The notes beneath the pieces are model-generated. The model saw nothing but the letters and a program-made list of their open reading frames with translations, was not told where the DNA came from and made no database searches. Shown here in pieces: positions 42,038-52,539 of a stretch of 64,000 nt of DNA. The position numbers were made by a program, and so were the translations under genes. Origin of the DNA: an uncultured delta proteobacterium (GTDB lineage: Bacteria; Desulfobacterota; RBG-13-43-22); assembly GCA_963711835.1 (NCBI GenBank), contig CAVQFQ010000022.1, forward strand, positions 15,887 to 79,886. Reading direction: 5' to 3'. How positions within the stretch are numbered: the first letter of the stretch is position 1; each line of letters starts with the position of its first letter.

Positions 42038-42949
42038 GTGAACCGACGAAACTTTCTGAAGGAAATGGCTCGCTATACGGCCGGCCTGACACTGATGCCG
42101 CCTCTTTTCTCTATCCTCCCCCAAGCCCGGGGCGAAAGCCCCCCTCCCCTGCTTGCGGTTGGTGAAGGAAACGACTATGCCGCCCTGGTCTCCAAGGTCT
42201 TGGGGCCCTGGGGCGGGATGAAGGCCTTTGTGAAAAAGGGAGACCGGGTGGTGGTCAAACCGAACATAGGCTGGGACCGGACTCCGGAACAGGGTGCCAA
42301 TACCCATCCGGAAATCGTCAAAACCGTAATGAAGCTGGCCTTGGAGGCCGGTGCTTCCCAGGTTCTGGCCTTTGACCGACCCGTAAATGAGGAGCGCCGT
42401 TGTTATGTAAACAGCGGGATTAAAGCGGCGGTGGAATCCCTAAACGATCGCCGGGCCCAGTGCCTTTTTATGGATTCGCGCAAGTTCGTTCCGGTGCGTA
42501 TCGCCCGGGGGAAGTCCATCTCGGAGTGGGAATTTTATAGGGATGCCTTAGAGGCCGATGCCTATATCAATCTGCCAGTGGCCAAACAGCACAGCTCCTC
42601 CGGGCTGACCTTGGGGCTAAAAAATATTATGGGTGTCATCGGAGGCTCCCGGGGGAAGATCCATTTCAACCTGGGGCAGCGGATTGCCGATCTAAACACC
42701 GTCCTCAAACCCAAACTGACCCTGATGGATGCCACCCGGATTTTGCTCCGGAACGGTCCTCAGGGCGGAGACCTCAAGGACGTCAAGGTCCTTAACACCC
42801 TGCTGGCCTCGACCGATACGGTGGCGGTGGATGCCTATGCCACGACTTTTTTCGGTTTGAAACCCGAAGAAGTGGAATCGACCAAAGCGGCCTATCAGTT
42901 CGGTTTGGGAGAAATGGACCTAAAGAAAATCAAGATCGTAAGGGTTTGA
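42038..42949 (+). CDS. Tat-exported DUF362 protein
   Basis: NRRNFLK; VVKPNIGW, THP, KQH, LKNIMG. Confidence 0.9.
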   Translation: MNRRNFLKEMARYTAGLTLMPPLFSILPQARGESPPPLLAVGEGNDYAALVSKVLGPWGGMKAFVKKGDRVVVKPNIGWDRTPEQGANTHPEIVKTVMKLALEAGASQVLAFDRPVNEERRCYVNSGIKAAVESLNDRRAQCLFMDSRKFVPVRIARGKSISEWEFYRDALEADAYINLPVAKQHSSSGLTLGLKNIMGVIGGSRGKIHFNLGQRIADLNTVLKPKLTLMDATRILLRNGPQGGDLKDVKVLNTLLASTDTVAVDAYATTFFGLKPEEVESTKAAYQFGLGEMDLKKIKIVRV

Positions 42950-42959
42950 TATTCAACCC

Positions 42960-44498
42960 ATGCCGCCCAAAAGAAAATTTCCCCCCTATTACTGGAGAAG
43001 GATATCCCAGGCTGTTTTCCTGATCCTATTCCTGGTCCTTTTTCGTTTGACCGATTACTCGGGCCAGGACGAGATTCCCCTGGCTGTCAACATCTTTTTC
43101 CGCCTCGATCCCCTGGTGGCGGCCTCAGCCATCTTGGCCGGGAAGGCCGTCATCACCCTGGTTCTCTGGTCTTTGATTGTCGTCGGCCTGACCTTGATCT
43201 TAGGGCGCTTTTTCTGCGGCTGGTTTTGTCCTTTGGGAACGCTCCTTGACCTTTCTCATCGTCTTTTGCCTCCCCGCAAAAAATCAGTCAGCAGCGAGTG
43301 GCGGAAAGGGAAATATTTTCTTCTGGGATTTATTCTTATTTCGGCCCTGTTCGGACTTCCAGTAGTCGGTTATTTCGATCCTTTTTCCCTGCTCGTCCGG
43401 GGATTGACGCTGGCCGTAGACCCTTTTTTCAATTGGACGGTGACCGCGCCTTTTGATCTGATCTATCAAATCGGCCCAAAAACCATGACCGCGGTAAGTG
43501 AACCGATCTACGATTCCCTGAAAAGATTCCTCCTGCCCTATACACAAAAAACCTTCCTCTGGACCCTTTTGTCTCTCGCGATTCTCTTATCCATCTTTGC
43601 CCTGGAAAAACTGGAAAGACGCTTCTGGTGCCGCAACCTCTGTCCTTTAGGGGGCCTCTTGGCCCTGCTCTCACGGATAACCCTGCTTCGGGGTCATATT
43701 TTAGCAACCTGCAAGGGCTGTCAGGTCTGCACCCAAATCTGCCGAATGGGGGCCATTGATGACGAGAGAAGAATCGCCCCCGATGACTGCAATTTGTGCC
43801 TGGATTGCTTAGACAAGTGCCCAACCAGCATCATTTCCTTTAATTTTAAAAGGCCGGAAGAAAAAATGGCGCCCCTGGGTATATCCAGAAGGTCTTTCGT
43901 GGGAATGCTTTCCTCCGGGATACTCCTGCCCGCTTTCTTCCGCATCAGGGGCGAAGGAAAGACCCCTGATCCTTTTCTGATTCGTCCGCCGGGCGCCTTG
44001 AAAGAAAAGGATTTTTTGAATCGCTGCGTCCGCTGCGGCGAGTGCATGAAGGTCTGCATCAACAATGCCCTTCATCCCGCGCTGCTCGAGTCGGGGCTGG
44101 AAGGCATGTTTTCGCCGCGCCTGGTACCTCGAATCGGCTATTGCGAATTCAACTGCACCCTCTGCGGCCAGGTCTGCCCGACCGGGGCCATCCGCAGGTT
44201 GGCCTTACAGGAAAAGCAACGGACCGTCATCGGGATCGCCTATTTTGACAAGAACCATTGCCTCCCTTATGCCAAGGGAATCCCCTGCATCGTCTGCGAA
44301 GAACACTGCCCCACCCCGGACAAGGCCATTAAATTTCATGAGGTGATGACCACGAATCCCGAAGGCCAATTGGTGAAAATCAAACAACCCTATCTGGTCG
44401 ATAAGCTTTGCATCGGCTGCGGCATCTGCGAAAACCGCTGTCCTTTGGAAGGGAAAAAAGGAGTGGTGGTTGAAGGGAAAAGTCCTGTTGTGGTCTAA
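42960..44498 (+). CDS. Membrane polyferredoxin (NapH/MauN plus MauM/NapG-like)
   Basis: FCGWFCPLG, WCRNLCPLG, multiple CxxCxxCxxxCP, RPPGA. Confidence 0.92.
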   Translation: MPPKRKFPPYYWRRISQAVFLILFLVLFRLTDYSGQDEIPLAVNIFFRLDPLVAASAILAGKAVITLVLWSLIVVGLTLILGRFFCGWFCPLGTLLDLSHRLLPPRKKSVSSEWRKGKYFLLGFILISALFGLPVVGYFDPFSLLVRGLTLAVDPFFNWTVTAPFDLIYQIGPKTMTAVSEPIYDSLKRFLLPYTQKTFLWTLLSLAILLSIFALEKLERRFWCRNLCPLGGLLALLSRITLLRGHILATCKGCQVCTQICRMGAIDDERRIAPDDCNLCLDCLDKCPTSIISFNFKRPEEKMAPLGISRRSFVGMLSSGILLPAFFRIRGEGKTPDPFLIRPPGALKEKDFLNRCVRCGECMKVCINNALHPALLESGLEGMFSPRLVPRIGYCEFNCTLCGQVCPTGAIRRLALQEKQRTVIGIAYFDKNHCLPYAKGIPCIVCEEHCPTPDKAIKFHEVMTTNPEGQLVKIKQPYLVDKLCIGCGICENRCPLEGKKGVVVEGKSPVVV

Positions 44499-44514
44499 GG
44501 GGTGATTTGAAACT

Positions 44515-45801
44515 TTAGTTTTTTAAAATTATCGGTAGATATAAGGATCTTACATTGGGACCGGTAAGAAATACGCCGTAAACCTCTCCACCAGAAAAAT
44601 CGGCATTTTTCCAATCAAGAACCCCAAAATATCGAAAACCGTCATAGAGAAAGAAGGGACCGACAGGGATTTTGTTGTTCTGGGTTTCGGCAATGGTTAA
44701 CCAGTCGGTACCAAGGGGATTAAAGCTCAGGTCAAAAAATCTCACTTTGGACCTTACCGGGGAAGTAAACGGAGGTCCCCACCCTTGAGAAAGGGTTGCC
44801 TGGTAACTCTGACCGTCAAAGGCACTAACCCAGCAGCCTAAAAGCGTTTGCCCGTCGTAAAGCGTGATTTCGTCCGTGCTCACCCCCCCTGCTTCCGTCA
44901 CAGTCCTGACGAAATGGCGGACACTGTCTTCTAGTGTTTTATCTGAAAGACTGACCACATATTCACTGTTATTATACAAAACCGGGATGGGGTAATTTCC
45001 CGGAGTAGTTGTTGTCGTCAGGTCATTGAAGATTGGAAAATTAGAGTCAACCTTTGTCCCCGATTGGTGGTCGATGCGCTGTCCGTAAGTGCTATTGTCG
45101 TACGGGGCGACTGCCTGGTACTTTTTCCAGGCCACGAGGCAGTTGGATCCACCGCAGGCCACCCCAGCCCCTATGCCTTGGGCTTCAGTCACCAGGATTT
45201 CACTGAAGAGCAATTCACCCGTTTTGGAGACAAACCGGGCATAAATATGCCACCCTGAAGAACGGGTATCGCTCCAGACCACGAGATAGTTAGTTCCATC
45301 AAAGACAACCCAACGCGAATCGCTTCCCTGGTTGCCTGCCGCCTCGCATATGGGAAAAGAAACCCCCACTGGCGTTCCTAAGGCAGTGATAAACTGGCCG
45401 TACAAGTTAGAACGGTCCCCAGGGTTTTCAAAGTCTTCCCAGACCAGAAGATAATTTGTCCCGTCAAAGGCCACGGCGGGAAGACCTCCATTCCGCCCCA
45501 GGCTGATGCGATCACCAATCGGATCGCCAGAGCGGGAAACAAGTTGGGCGGTAACCCAATAAGGATTTGTCCCATCTCCTTGTATCCCCACCAGGTAATT
45601 AGTCCCATCAAAGGCCGCGCTTAGAGAGGTTTGGGCTTGGGCGCCAACGGCAATGGGAAAGGTATAGAGGGATTGCAATCTCTGCGTTCGAGCCTCAGGG
45701 GGGACTTGAGCCTGGGAATTGCCAAGCCCCGATATAAGCAGAATTGTAAAAACACAACAAAGAAGTTTCATCCCCATCATCTCTTTCCTCTTTTTTCGCA
45801 T
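44515..45801 (-). CDS. Secreted repeat (beta-propeller-like) protein
   Basis: Signal peptide; repeated (A/V)FDGTNYL(V/L)VW; C-terminus LYLPIILKN. Confidence 0.8.
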   Translation of the reverse strand: MRKKRKEMMGMKLLCCVFTILLISGLGNSQAQVPPEARTQRLQSLYTFPIAVGAQAQTSLSAAFDGTNYLVGIQGDGTNPYWVTAQLVSRSGDPIGDRISLGRNGGLPAVAFDGTNYLLVWEDFENPGDRSNLYGQFITALGTPVGVSFPICEAAGNQGSDSRWVVFDGTNYLVVWSDTRSSGWHIYARFVSKTGELLFSEILVTEAQGIGAGVACGGSNCLVAWKKYQAVAPYDNSTYGQRIDHQSGTKVDSNFPIFNDLTTTTTPGNYPIPVLYNNSEYVVSLSDKTLEDSVRHFVRTVTEAGGVSTDEITLYDGQTLLGCWVSAFDGQSYQATLSQGWGPPFTSPVRSKVRFFDLSFNPLGTDWLTIAETQNNKIPVGPFFLYDGFRYFGVLDWKNADFSGGEVYGVFLTGPNVRSLYLPIILKN

Positions 45802-45911
45802 TCCTGTTAATAACTATAATACCAAGGAGGATTATAGCCTTTATTTTTGAGTTATTGCAAAGATTATTGGCGAATGAACCTGCCCTCAGTCCGCGCGGTA
45901 GTAAGGAAAAA

Positions 45912-45939
45912 CTGGATTCCGCATCAGGTGCGGAATGAC
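45912..45939. repeat. REP-like palindrome
   Basis: CTGGATTCCGCA-TCAGG-TGCGGAATGAC. Confidence 0.5.
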
Positions 45940-45978
45940 CAAAAAAGGTGAGCCCCTATCAAGCGAGGGATTCTCAAG

Positions 45979-46674
45979 CTAAGGGGTGGCAAAAGAGGCC
46001 TTTAATTCGGCGTCGGAGGGCCGGATATAATGGGGGCGAATGTCATCCAAAGGAGTCGGACCCTCTGATTTCAGGCGCTGATAGGCCAGGGTTCCCAGGA
46101 TGAATGGGGAGATACTATGAAAGGGTATGGCAGGAAGGATGGCCCTCCCACCCAAGGTTTGTTGAAAAAAATCCCGGTATAACAAGGCCCCGTTGCCCAC
46201 CAGGATTACCGGCTCCTTGATTGATTCAACCACCTGCTGGGGTTTATTATTCCTCGCCTGCCCCAGGGAAACCCTTTTCCCCTCTTCATCCAACCGGTAA
46301 AAGGCATAAAAGACTTCCTTCTTTCGGGCATCAATCAAGGGACAGATCATAAGGGGACTGCAAGGTAGGCCCGCGGCCAGGACCTCCAGGGTGGAAAGGC
46401 CAACTACGGGTTTCCCGGTGGCCAAGGCCAGGCCCTTGACGGTAGCCAGGCCGATACGAAGTCCCGTGAAGCTGCCCGGACCGACTGTGACCGCCCAGAG
46501 ATCCACGTCGGTGATCTTACAGTCCGTCTGTTCCAGAAGAAAGAGGATAGCCTTCCAGAGGAGATGAGTGTGGGTTTTTACGGTCCGGAACTGGCACTGG
46601 GCCAGGAGCAGCTCGTCTTCAAGCAGGGCCACCCCCCCGGTTTCGGTTGCGGTATCCAGGGCCAGGATCTTCAT
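45979..46674 (-). CDS. tsaB: t6A biosynthesis protein TsaB
   Basis: ILALDTAT, GPGSFTGLRIG, DARKKEV. Confidence 0.95.
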   Translation of the reverse strand: MKILALDTATETGGVALLEDELLLAQCQFRTVKTHTHLLWKAILFLLEQTDCKITDVDLWAVTVGPGSFTGLRIGLATVKGLALATGKPVVGLSTLEVLAAGLPCSPLMICPLIDARKKEVFYAFYRLDEEGKRVSLGQARNNKPQQVVESIKEPVILVGNGALLYRDFFQQTLGGRAILPAIPFHSISPFILGTLAYQRLKSEGPTPLDDIRPHYIRPSDAELKASFATP

Positions 46675-47813
46675 TGCTGGATGATGCGAAGAATATCATT
46701 ATAGAAGACGAAGACCATCAGTAAAATCAAAATCGCCATCCCGATTTGCTGAGCCAATTCCCTTTTTTTCAGGCTCAGAGGCCTTCTCATAACCCCTTCA
46801 ATACCGAAAAACAGGAGGTGTCCTCCGTCCAGGATCGGTATGGGCAGCAGATTGAGGATGCCCAGATTAATGCTTAACAGGGCGGCAAAGAAAAGGAGGT
46901 TTGTCCAGCCTTCCTGGGCCTGCTGGCCGGCCAATTGGGCGATCAGGATGGGCCCGCCCAGGGTATCCAAGGGCACTTTTTGCTGGATAAGTTTAACCAC
47001 GCTCAGCACGGTCATCTTGGAGATGGTCCAGGTCTGGACCACCGCATCCCTCAGGGCCTCCAGGGGGCCTTGCGCCCGGGTAATAAATTTCCCTGAAGGG
47101 CTGATACCGATAATCGTTTCCCGGACCTCCTCCCCAAAGATGTTTTTAACCGGGCTGCTGATCGGGGTCACTTCGGTCCGGTAGCGTTGCTTCCCCCGTT
47201 CAAAAATAACCGGAATGGCCCGGTTTGGATTTTGCTTAATCACTTCGGGCAATTCTTTCCAGTTCCGGATGGTCCGGCCAGCCACCTGGACTATGGTGTC
47301 ACCCGAGCGCAGCCCGGCTTTATAGGCCGGATAATTGGGTTTCACTTCGCCGATCTCATTGGTCAGAATCATTTGTCCCAGCAACAGGAAGACCCAAAAG
47401 AAGACCAGGACGGCAAAGAGAAAATTTGAAAAAGGACCGCAAAAGACGATCAGCATCCTCTTCCAGAGGGCCTTATGGGAAAAGGAGACCTGCTGATCCT
47501 CAGCGGTTAGGTCTTCATCCGGACCCTCGCCGGTCATCTTGACATAACCCCCCAAGGGAATGGCTGAAACCCGGTAATCCGTTTCACCCACCTTCAATCC
47601 CAGCAATCGGGGACCGAAGCCGAAAGAAAAAGTCACTACCCGAACTCCAAAGGCTTTAGCAGCCAGGAAATGCCCCAATTCGTGAAAAAAGATCAACAGC
47701 CCCAGAACAATAACGAACGGGATCACTTTATAAAGAAATCCTAAGAGCCAGGGAGAGAGTTCCAGGGCCGCCAAGAGGTTCAACTGAACTAAGGGGAAGG
47801 CAATAAAATTCAT
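46671..47813 (-). CDS. rseP: RIP metalloprotease RseP
   Basis: HELGH, PDZ, NLLPIPILDGGH. Confidence 0.96.
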   Translation of the reverse strand: MNFIAFPLVQLNLLAALELSPWLLGFLYKVIPFVIVLGLLIFFHELGHFLAAKAFGVRVVTFSFGFGPRLLGLKVGETDYRVSAIPLGGYVKMTGEGPDEDLTAEDQQVSFSHKALWKRMLIVFCGPFSNFLFAVLVFFWVFLLLGQMILTNEIGEVKPNYPAYKAGLRSGDTIVQVAGRTIRNWKELPEVIKQNPNRAIPVIFERGKQRYRTEVTPISSPVKNIFGEEVRETIIGISPSGKFITRAQGPLEALRDAVVQTWTISKMTVLSVVKLIQQKVPLDTLGGPILIAQLAGQQAQEGWTNLLFFAALLSINLGILNLLPIPILDGGHLLFFGIEGVMRRPLSLKKRELAQQIGMAILILLMVFVFYNDILRIIQQ

Positions 47814-47832
47814 AGCGTGTTTTCCTTAAGGA

Positions 47833-49014
47833 TTAATGGTGATGTTTTCTTATCCAGCTCTTGGCCTGCCTGCGGGCCCAGTGATCGACCGCTAAAATAT
47901 CCTCTATGTTCCGGGGTCTTATTTTTATGTGTCCGGAGAGGGTCTCCTGGATTACCACCGGAATTTCCTGATAGTCCAAGCGGCCTTCCAAAAAAGCCGA
48001 TACCGCTATCTCATTAGCGGCGTTCAAGACCGCCGGCAGGCTTCCGCCGGCCTTCCCGGCTTCCAGAGCCAGCTTCAAACAAGGGAATTTGTTCAAGTCG
48101 GGCTGATAAAAGGTCAGCCCGCCTAACTGGACCAGATCCAGGGCAGGCCCGTCCAAGGGCAGCCGCTTGGGATAAGAAAGGGCGTAGGCAATGGGGATCG
48201 TCATGTCGGGTAGGCCCATCTGGGCCAGGATTGACCCATCCTGAAATTCGACCAGGGAATGCACAATACTTTGAGGATGAATCAGAACGGCTACCTGATC
48301 CAGAGAAACCTGGAACAGCCAACCGGCCTCCATGACTTCCAGCCCTTTGTTCATCAGGGTAGCCGAGTCAATGGTAATCTTAGGGCCCATTTTCCAGTTG
48401 GGATGATTCAAGGCCTCTTGCCCGGTAATTTTTTTCATCCGGCGGAGAGGACGGTTCCAAAACGGACCTCCGGAAGCGGTCAGGATGATGCGTCGTAAGG
48501 TCTTTTTTTGTTGCCCCTGGAGAAGCTGAAAAATAGCGCTGTGTTCGCTGTCGATCGGTAAAATGGAGACCTTGTTTTTCCGAGCCTCCTCCATGACCAA
48601 TTCTCCGGCCATAACCAGGGATTCTTTGTTGGCTAAGCCGATGGCTTTACCGGCCCCGATGGCAGCCAGGGTGGGCCGCAGACCGACGGCCCCGACCATA
48701 GCGGAAACAACCAGATCGGCTTCCGGAAGGGTGGCTACCGCCTGGTGTCCCTCCGGGCCCCAGAGGATCTTTAAGGGAAACCCGGGGGACCCTTTTTGGG
48801 AAAGCCGCCGGCCTTCCCGCTGGGAAGCCACGGCCACGCACTGCGGTTTGAAGGCCAGGATCTGCTCCCACAATCGATCCATATTTCTTCCGGCCACCAA
48901 GCCGGCAACCTGAAACTGATCGGGGAATTGTTTAACCAGACGCAGGACCTGGACCCCGATGGACCCGGTACTTCCCAGAATAGACAAGGTTTTCAAGGCC
49001 TGACCCCTCATCAA
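47833..49014 (-). CDS. dxr: 1-deoxy-D-xylulose 5-phosphate reductoisomerase
   Basis: LGSTGSIG, LANKE, PIDSEH, MGPKITIDSATLMNKGLE. Confidence 0.97.
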   Translation of the reverse strand: MMRGQALKTLSILGSTGSIGVQVLRLVKQFPDQFQVAGLVAGRNMDRLWEQILAFKPQCVAVASQREGRRLSQKGSPGFPLKILWGPEGHQAVATLPEADLVVSAMVGAVGLRPTLAAIGAGKAIGLANKESLVMAGELVMEEARKNKVSILPIDSEHSAIFQLLQGQQKKTLRRIILTASGGPFWNRPLRRMKKITGQEALNHPNWKMGPKITIDSATLMNKGLEVMEAGWLFQVSLDQVAVLIHPQSIVHSLVEFQDGSILAQMGLPDMTIPIAYALSYPKRLPLDGPALDLVQLGGLTFYQPDLNKFPCLKLALEAGKAGGSLPAVLNAANEIAVSAFLEGRLDYQEIPVVIQETLSGHIKIRPRNIEDILAVDHWARRQAKSWIRKHHH

Positions 49015-49835
49015 AATGGGTGAACCGCAAATCGGATATAGAAATAAAGCATAGGCATCGGCAGGAGAAGGCTGTCAACCCGATCCAGAAACCCGCCGTG
49101 GCCTGGAAAGATGGCACCGGAGTCTTTGGCGCGGACGCTGCGCTTGATCATCGATTCGAAAAGATCACCCAGTTGGCTGGCGGCTCCGAGGAATAAGGCC
49201 AAGGAGAGGAGTTGAAAAAGACTGACCTGAGCAAAAAGGGTCTGTTGAAAGATCCAGGCTGTTAGCCCGTTGGCCGCCAAACCGCCCAAGGCCCCTTCCA
49301 GGGTCTTATGGGGGCTGATTTGGGGGACCAATTTATGCCGGCCCCAGGTCCGCCCCACAAAAAAAGCGGCGCTGTCTCCGGCATAGGTCACCGCCAGCAA
49401 AAAGAAAATCCACATCAATCCCTGGTCTTGGGAACGGATTAAAATGATGAAAGAAAGAAAGAAGGGCAAATACCAAATACCTAAAAATTGTTTGCCCAGA
49501 AATTCAAAAAAGGGAAGACCGGGGGGAAAAATAAAGGCCGCCTGAAGGACAAACAGGATACTCGCGATCACCAGGGCCGCCAGGAACCCCTCCAGGCCCT
49601 GCCAGAAGGCCCCTGAGAGAATCAGAGTCCCGGCCAGCCAATGGAGGAAAAGGAGCCCGGCATAAGGTCTCGGGCGGGTGAGTCGCAGATATTCCCAGGT
49701 GCCCAGGAGAAAACCACCCCAAACCAGAAGAAAAAAAAGACGGGACCCACCCCAGTACAGGTAAATAAAAATGAAAGGGATCAGGATTGAGGCGGTCAGG
49801 AATCGTTTCCAGGGGAATGAAGGTTTGGAGGTCAA
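49011..49835 (-). CDS. cdsA: Phosphatidate cytidylyltransferase
   Basis: SPHKTLEG, GDLFES.IKR, KDSG..FPGHGG.LDR.DS. Confidence 0.96.
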   Translation of the reverse strand: MTSKPSFPWKRFLTASILIPFIFIYLYWGGSRLFFLLVWGGFLLGTWEYLRLTRPRPYAGLLFLHWLAGTLILSGAFWQGLEGFLAALVIASILFVLQAAFIFPPGLPFFEFLGKQFLGIWYLPFFLSFIILIRSQDQGLMWIFFLLAVTYAGDSAAFFVGRTWGRHKLVPQISPHKTLEGALGGLAANGLTAWIFQQTLFAQVSLFQLLSLALFLGAASQLGDLFESMIKRSVRAKDSGAIFPGHGGFLDRVDSLLLPMPMLYFYIRFAVHPF

Positions 49836-49846
49836 GCAAGGGATCC

Positions 49847-50635
49847 TTAGGTTGTTTTCGGCCGAGAGGAGGGCTCATACCGGCGGACCTGGTCGCCGGT
49901 TAATCCAAACCGTCTTTCTCGTTTTTGATATTCGGCAATAGCAGTCAAGAGGTGTCTCTTCCGGAAATCAGGCCAAAGGGTCGGGGTGACGAAAATTTCG
50001 GTATAGGCCATTTGATATAATAAAAAATCGCTCAGACGATATTCTCCGCTGGTTCGGATCAACAAGTCCGGATCCGGCAAACCCCGGGTATAGAGAAAGG
50101 CCTCGAAGGAGCGGTCGTTGATCTGGTCGGGGGCCAGGGTACCCGCCAAAACCGTCTCCAGGAGTTTTCGGACCGCCATGACTATTTCGGCCCGCCCGCT
50201 GTAACTTAGAGCCAGATTCAAAATCATCTCCCGATTCAACCGGGTTTCTTCAATGGCCCGGGAAAGAAGGTCTCGCACTTGAGGAGATAATTGAGCCAGG
50301 TCGCCTATGGCCTTTAAGGCGATCCCGTTTTCTCGGATTTCCTTGATTCCGGATTTTAGATATTTGGCCAGCAAGCCCATCAGGGATTTTACCTCCCATT
50401 TGGGACGGTTCCAGTTCTCCCGGGAAAAGGCATACAGGGTCAGGACCGGGATGCCTATTTCGCGACAGGTTCGGACGATCTCCCGAACGGATTCCACCCC
50501 TTCTTTGTGCCCGGCGATGCGGGGTAGGGAACGTTGTTGGGCCCAGCGGCCGTTCCCATCCATGATGACGGCAATATGTTTGGGGAGGCGTTCAGGATCG
50601 AGGGATTGCAACAAGGATTTCCTTTGTCGGAGCAT
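49847..50635 (-). CDS. uppS: Undecaprenyl diphosphate synthase
   Basis: IMDGNGRWA, FSRENW, RTSGE.RLS.FL. Confidence 0.96.
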   Translation of the reverse strand: MLRQRKSLLQSLDPERLPKHIAVIMDGNGRWAQQRSLPRIAGHKEGVESVREIVRTCREIGIPVLTLYAFSRENWNRPKWEVKSLMGLLAKYLKSGIKEIRENGIALKAIGDLAQLSPQVRDLLSRAIEETRLNREMILNLALSYSGRAEIVMAVRKLLETVLAGTLAPDQINDRSFEAFLYTRGLPDPDLLIRTSGEYRLSDFLLYQMAYTEIFVTPTLWPDFRKRHLLTAIAEYQKRERRFGLTGDQVRRYEPSSRPKTT

Positions 50636-50648
50636 GGTCAGAACCGGG

Positions 50649-51206
50649 TCAGAAACTAAGGATCTCCTTCTCCTTCTCCTCGCTGATCCGATCGATCTTT
50701 TCAATAGTTTGGTTGGTGATTTTCTGGACCTCTTCCTGGGCCTTAAAGAATGCGTCTTCGGGAATGGTCTTTTCCTTTTTAAGGTCTTTCAACGATTCGT
50801 TGGCATCCCGCCGAAGGTTCCTCAAAATGACGCGGGATTCTTCGGCCATCTTCTTGATGACTTTGACCAGTTCCCGCCGCCGCTCCTCCGTTAAAGGGGG
50901 GATGGGGATGCGGATAATTTTACCGTCATTGGCCGGAGTGAGTCCCAATTCGGATTTCAGAATGGCCCGTTCAATGTCAGCCAGGGCCTTCAGATCCCAG
51001 GGTTGTACGGTAATCTGACGGCTTTCCGGAACAGCGATGGAGGCCACCTGGTTCAAAGGCAACTGGCTGCCGTAATATTGCACCCGGATTCCGTCCAAAA
51101 GGGAAATCGAGGCCCGTCCGGTTCGAATGCGGCTGAGATCTTTTTTTAAAGCCTCGACGGCCTTGTCCATTCTTTCCCGGGTATCCTTGTAGACTTTTTC
51201 GACCAT
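50649..51206 (-). CDS. frr: Ribosome recycling factor
   Basis: IRTGRA, PPLTEERR. Confidence 0.97.
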   Translation of the reverse strand: MVEKVYKDTRERMDKAVEALKKDLSRIRTGRASISLLDGIRVQYYGSQLPLNQVASIAVPESRQITVQPWDLKALADIERAILKSELGLTPANDGKIIRIPIPPLTEERRRELVKVIKKMAEESRVILRNLRRDANESLKDLKKEKTIPEDAFFKAQEEVQKITNQTIEKIDRISEEKEKEILSF

Positions 51207-51209
51207 TTT

Positions 51210-51932
51210 TTACCCCTTGATCAACGTCCCGATCCGGGATCCGGTGATGATTTTTTTTAAATTTCCCGTCACCATGCCGTTAAAGACGATAATGGGGATA
51301 CTATTCTCACGGGCCAGGGAAACAGCCGTAGCATCCATAACCTGAAGCCGTTTCTGCAGGTAGTCATCATAGGTTATTTCCCGAAAGAGACGGGCCTTGG
51401 GATTCAGTTTAGGGTTTTCGACAAAAACCCCTTCTACCTGGGTTGCTTTCAAGACTACTTCAGCCCCCAGTTCGGCGGCCCTCAGGGTGGCGGCGGTGTC
51501 GGTGGTAAAAAAAGGGTTGCCGGTCCCGGCGGCCAGCAGGAGCACCGAACCTTTTTCAAGGGCGGCCCGAGCTGGTTGGGGGTAATAAGGTTCGGCCAAG
51601 GCCTGAACCGGCAGGGCCGATAAGACCAGGGCCTTTATTTTTTCTTTTTTCAAGGCTTCTTCCATGGCCACGGCGTTGAATAACGTAGCCAGCATGCCCA
51701 GGTAATCGGCCCGGATACGATCCATTCCCCGGGCGCTGGCCGCCAATCCCCGGAAGATGTTTCCCCCGCCGATGACGATCCCTACTTGAGTCTTCAAGGC
51801 GACGATCTCTTTGATTTCACGGGCCGTCTTTTGGAGGACGGAGACATCCAGGCCATAACCCCTATCCCCGGCCAAGGCTTCTCCGCTCAGCTTCAAAAGG
51901 ACCCGCTGGTATTTTCTCTTGACCTGAGCCAT
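51210..51932 (-). CDS. pyrH: UMP kinase
   Basis: LKLSGEAL, GGGNIFRG, GNPFFTTD. Confidence 0.97.
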   Translation of the reverse strand: MAQVKRKYQRVLLKLSGEALAGDRGYGLDVSVLQKTAREIKEIVALKTQVGIVIGGGNIFRGLAASARGMDRIRADYLGMLATLFNAVAMEEALKKEKIKALVLSALPVQALAEPYYPQPARAALEKGSVLLLAAGTGNPFFTTDTAATLRAAELGAEVVLKATQVEGVFVENPKLNPKARLFREITYDDYLQKRLQVMDATAVSLARENSIPIIVFNGMVTGNLKKIITGSRIGTLIKG

Positions 51933-51936
51933 GGGT

Positions 51937-52539
51937 TTATTCTTCGCTTTCTCCCAATTGAAAACGGGCAAAACGACGGATGGCGATATGTTCCCCGATC
52001 TGGGCGATCATGTCGTTAAGAAGATCGTTGATGGTCAGGTCCTGATTTTTCACATAGACCTGTTCCATTAAACAGGATTCCTTGAAAAACTTATCCAACT
52101 TACCTTCGACGATCCTTTCGATGACCTTATCGGGCTTGCCGGATTCCCTGGCCTGGGCGCGATAGATATCCTTCTCTTTTTCCAGTAAAGCAGCCGGCAT
52201 CTCTTCCCGCCGGACACAAATGGGATTGGTGGCGGCAATGTGCATGGCCAGATTATGGACAAATTCCCCGATTTGGTCGGTTCGGCCCACAAAATCGGTT
52301 TCGCAATTGACTTCGACCAGAACGCCGATTTTCCCGCCGCCGTGAATATAGGATCCGATCTGTCCCTGGGAGGCGGCCCGACCGGCCCTTTTTTGGGCGG
52401 TGGCCAATCCTTTTTTACGCAAATAGTCCACGGCTTTTTCCATATCCCCATCAGAGGCCTTTAAGGCCTCTTTGCAATCCATCATTCCGGCCTGGGTTTT
52501 ATCCCGCAGGGCTTTAACTAACTCCGATGTAATATTCAA
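51937..52539 (-). CDS. tsf: Elongation factor Ts (short form)
   Basis: [15 protein letters not shown]. Confidence 0.97.
   Translation of the reverse strand: MNITSELVKALRDKTQAGMMDCKEALKASDGDMEKAVDYLRKKGLATAQKRAGRAASQGQIGSYIHGGGKIGVLVEVNCETDFVGRTDQIGEFVHNLAMHIAATNPICVRREEMPAALLEKEKDIYRAQARESGKPDKVIERIVEGKLDKFFKESCLMEQVYVKNQDLTINDLLNDMIAQIGEHIAIRRFARFQLGESEE

Noticed and set aside
51937-52539. EF-Ts apparently truncated at 200 aa
   Set aside because: The short EF-Ts form is established in several lineages
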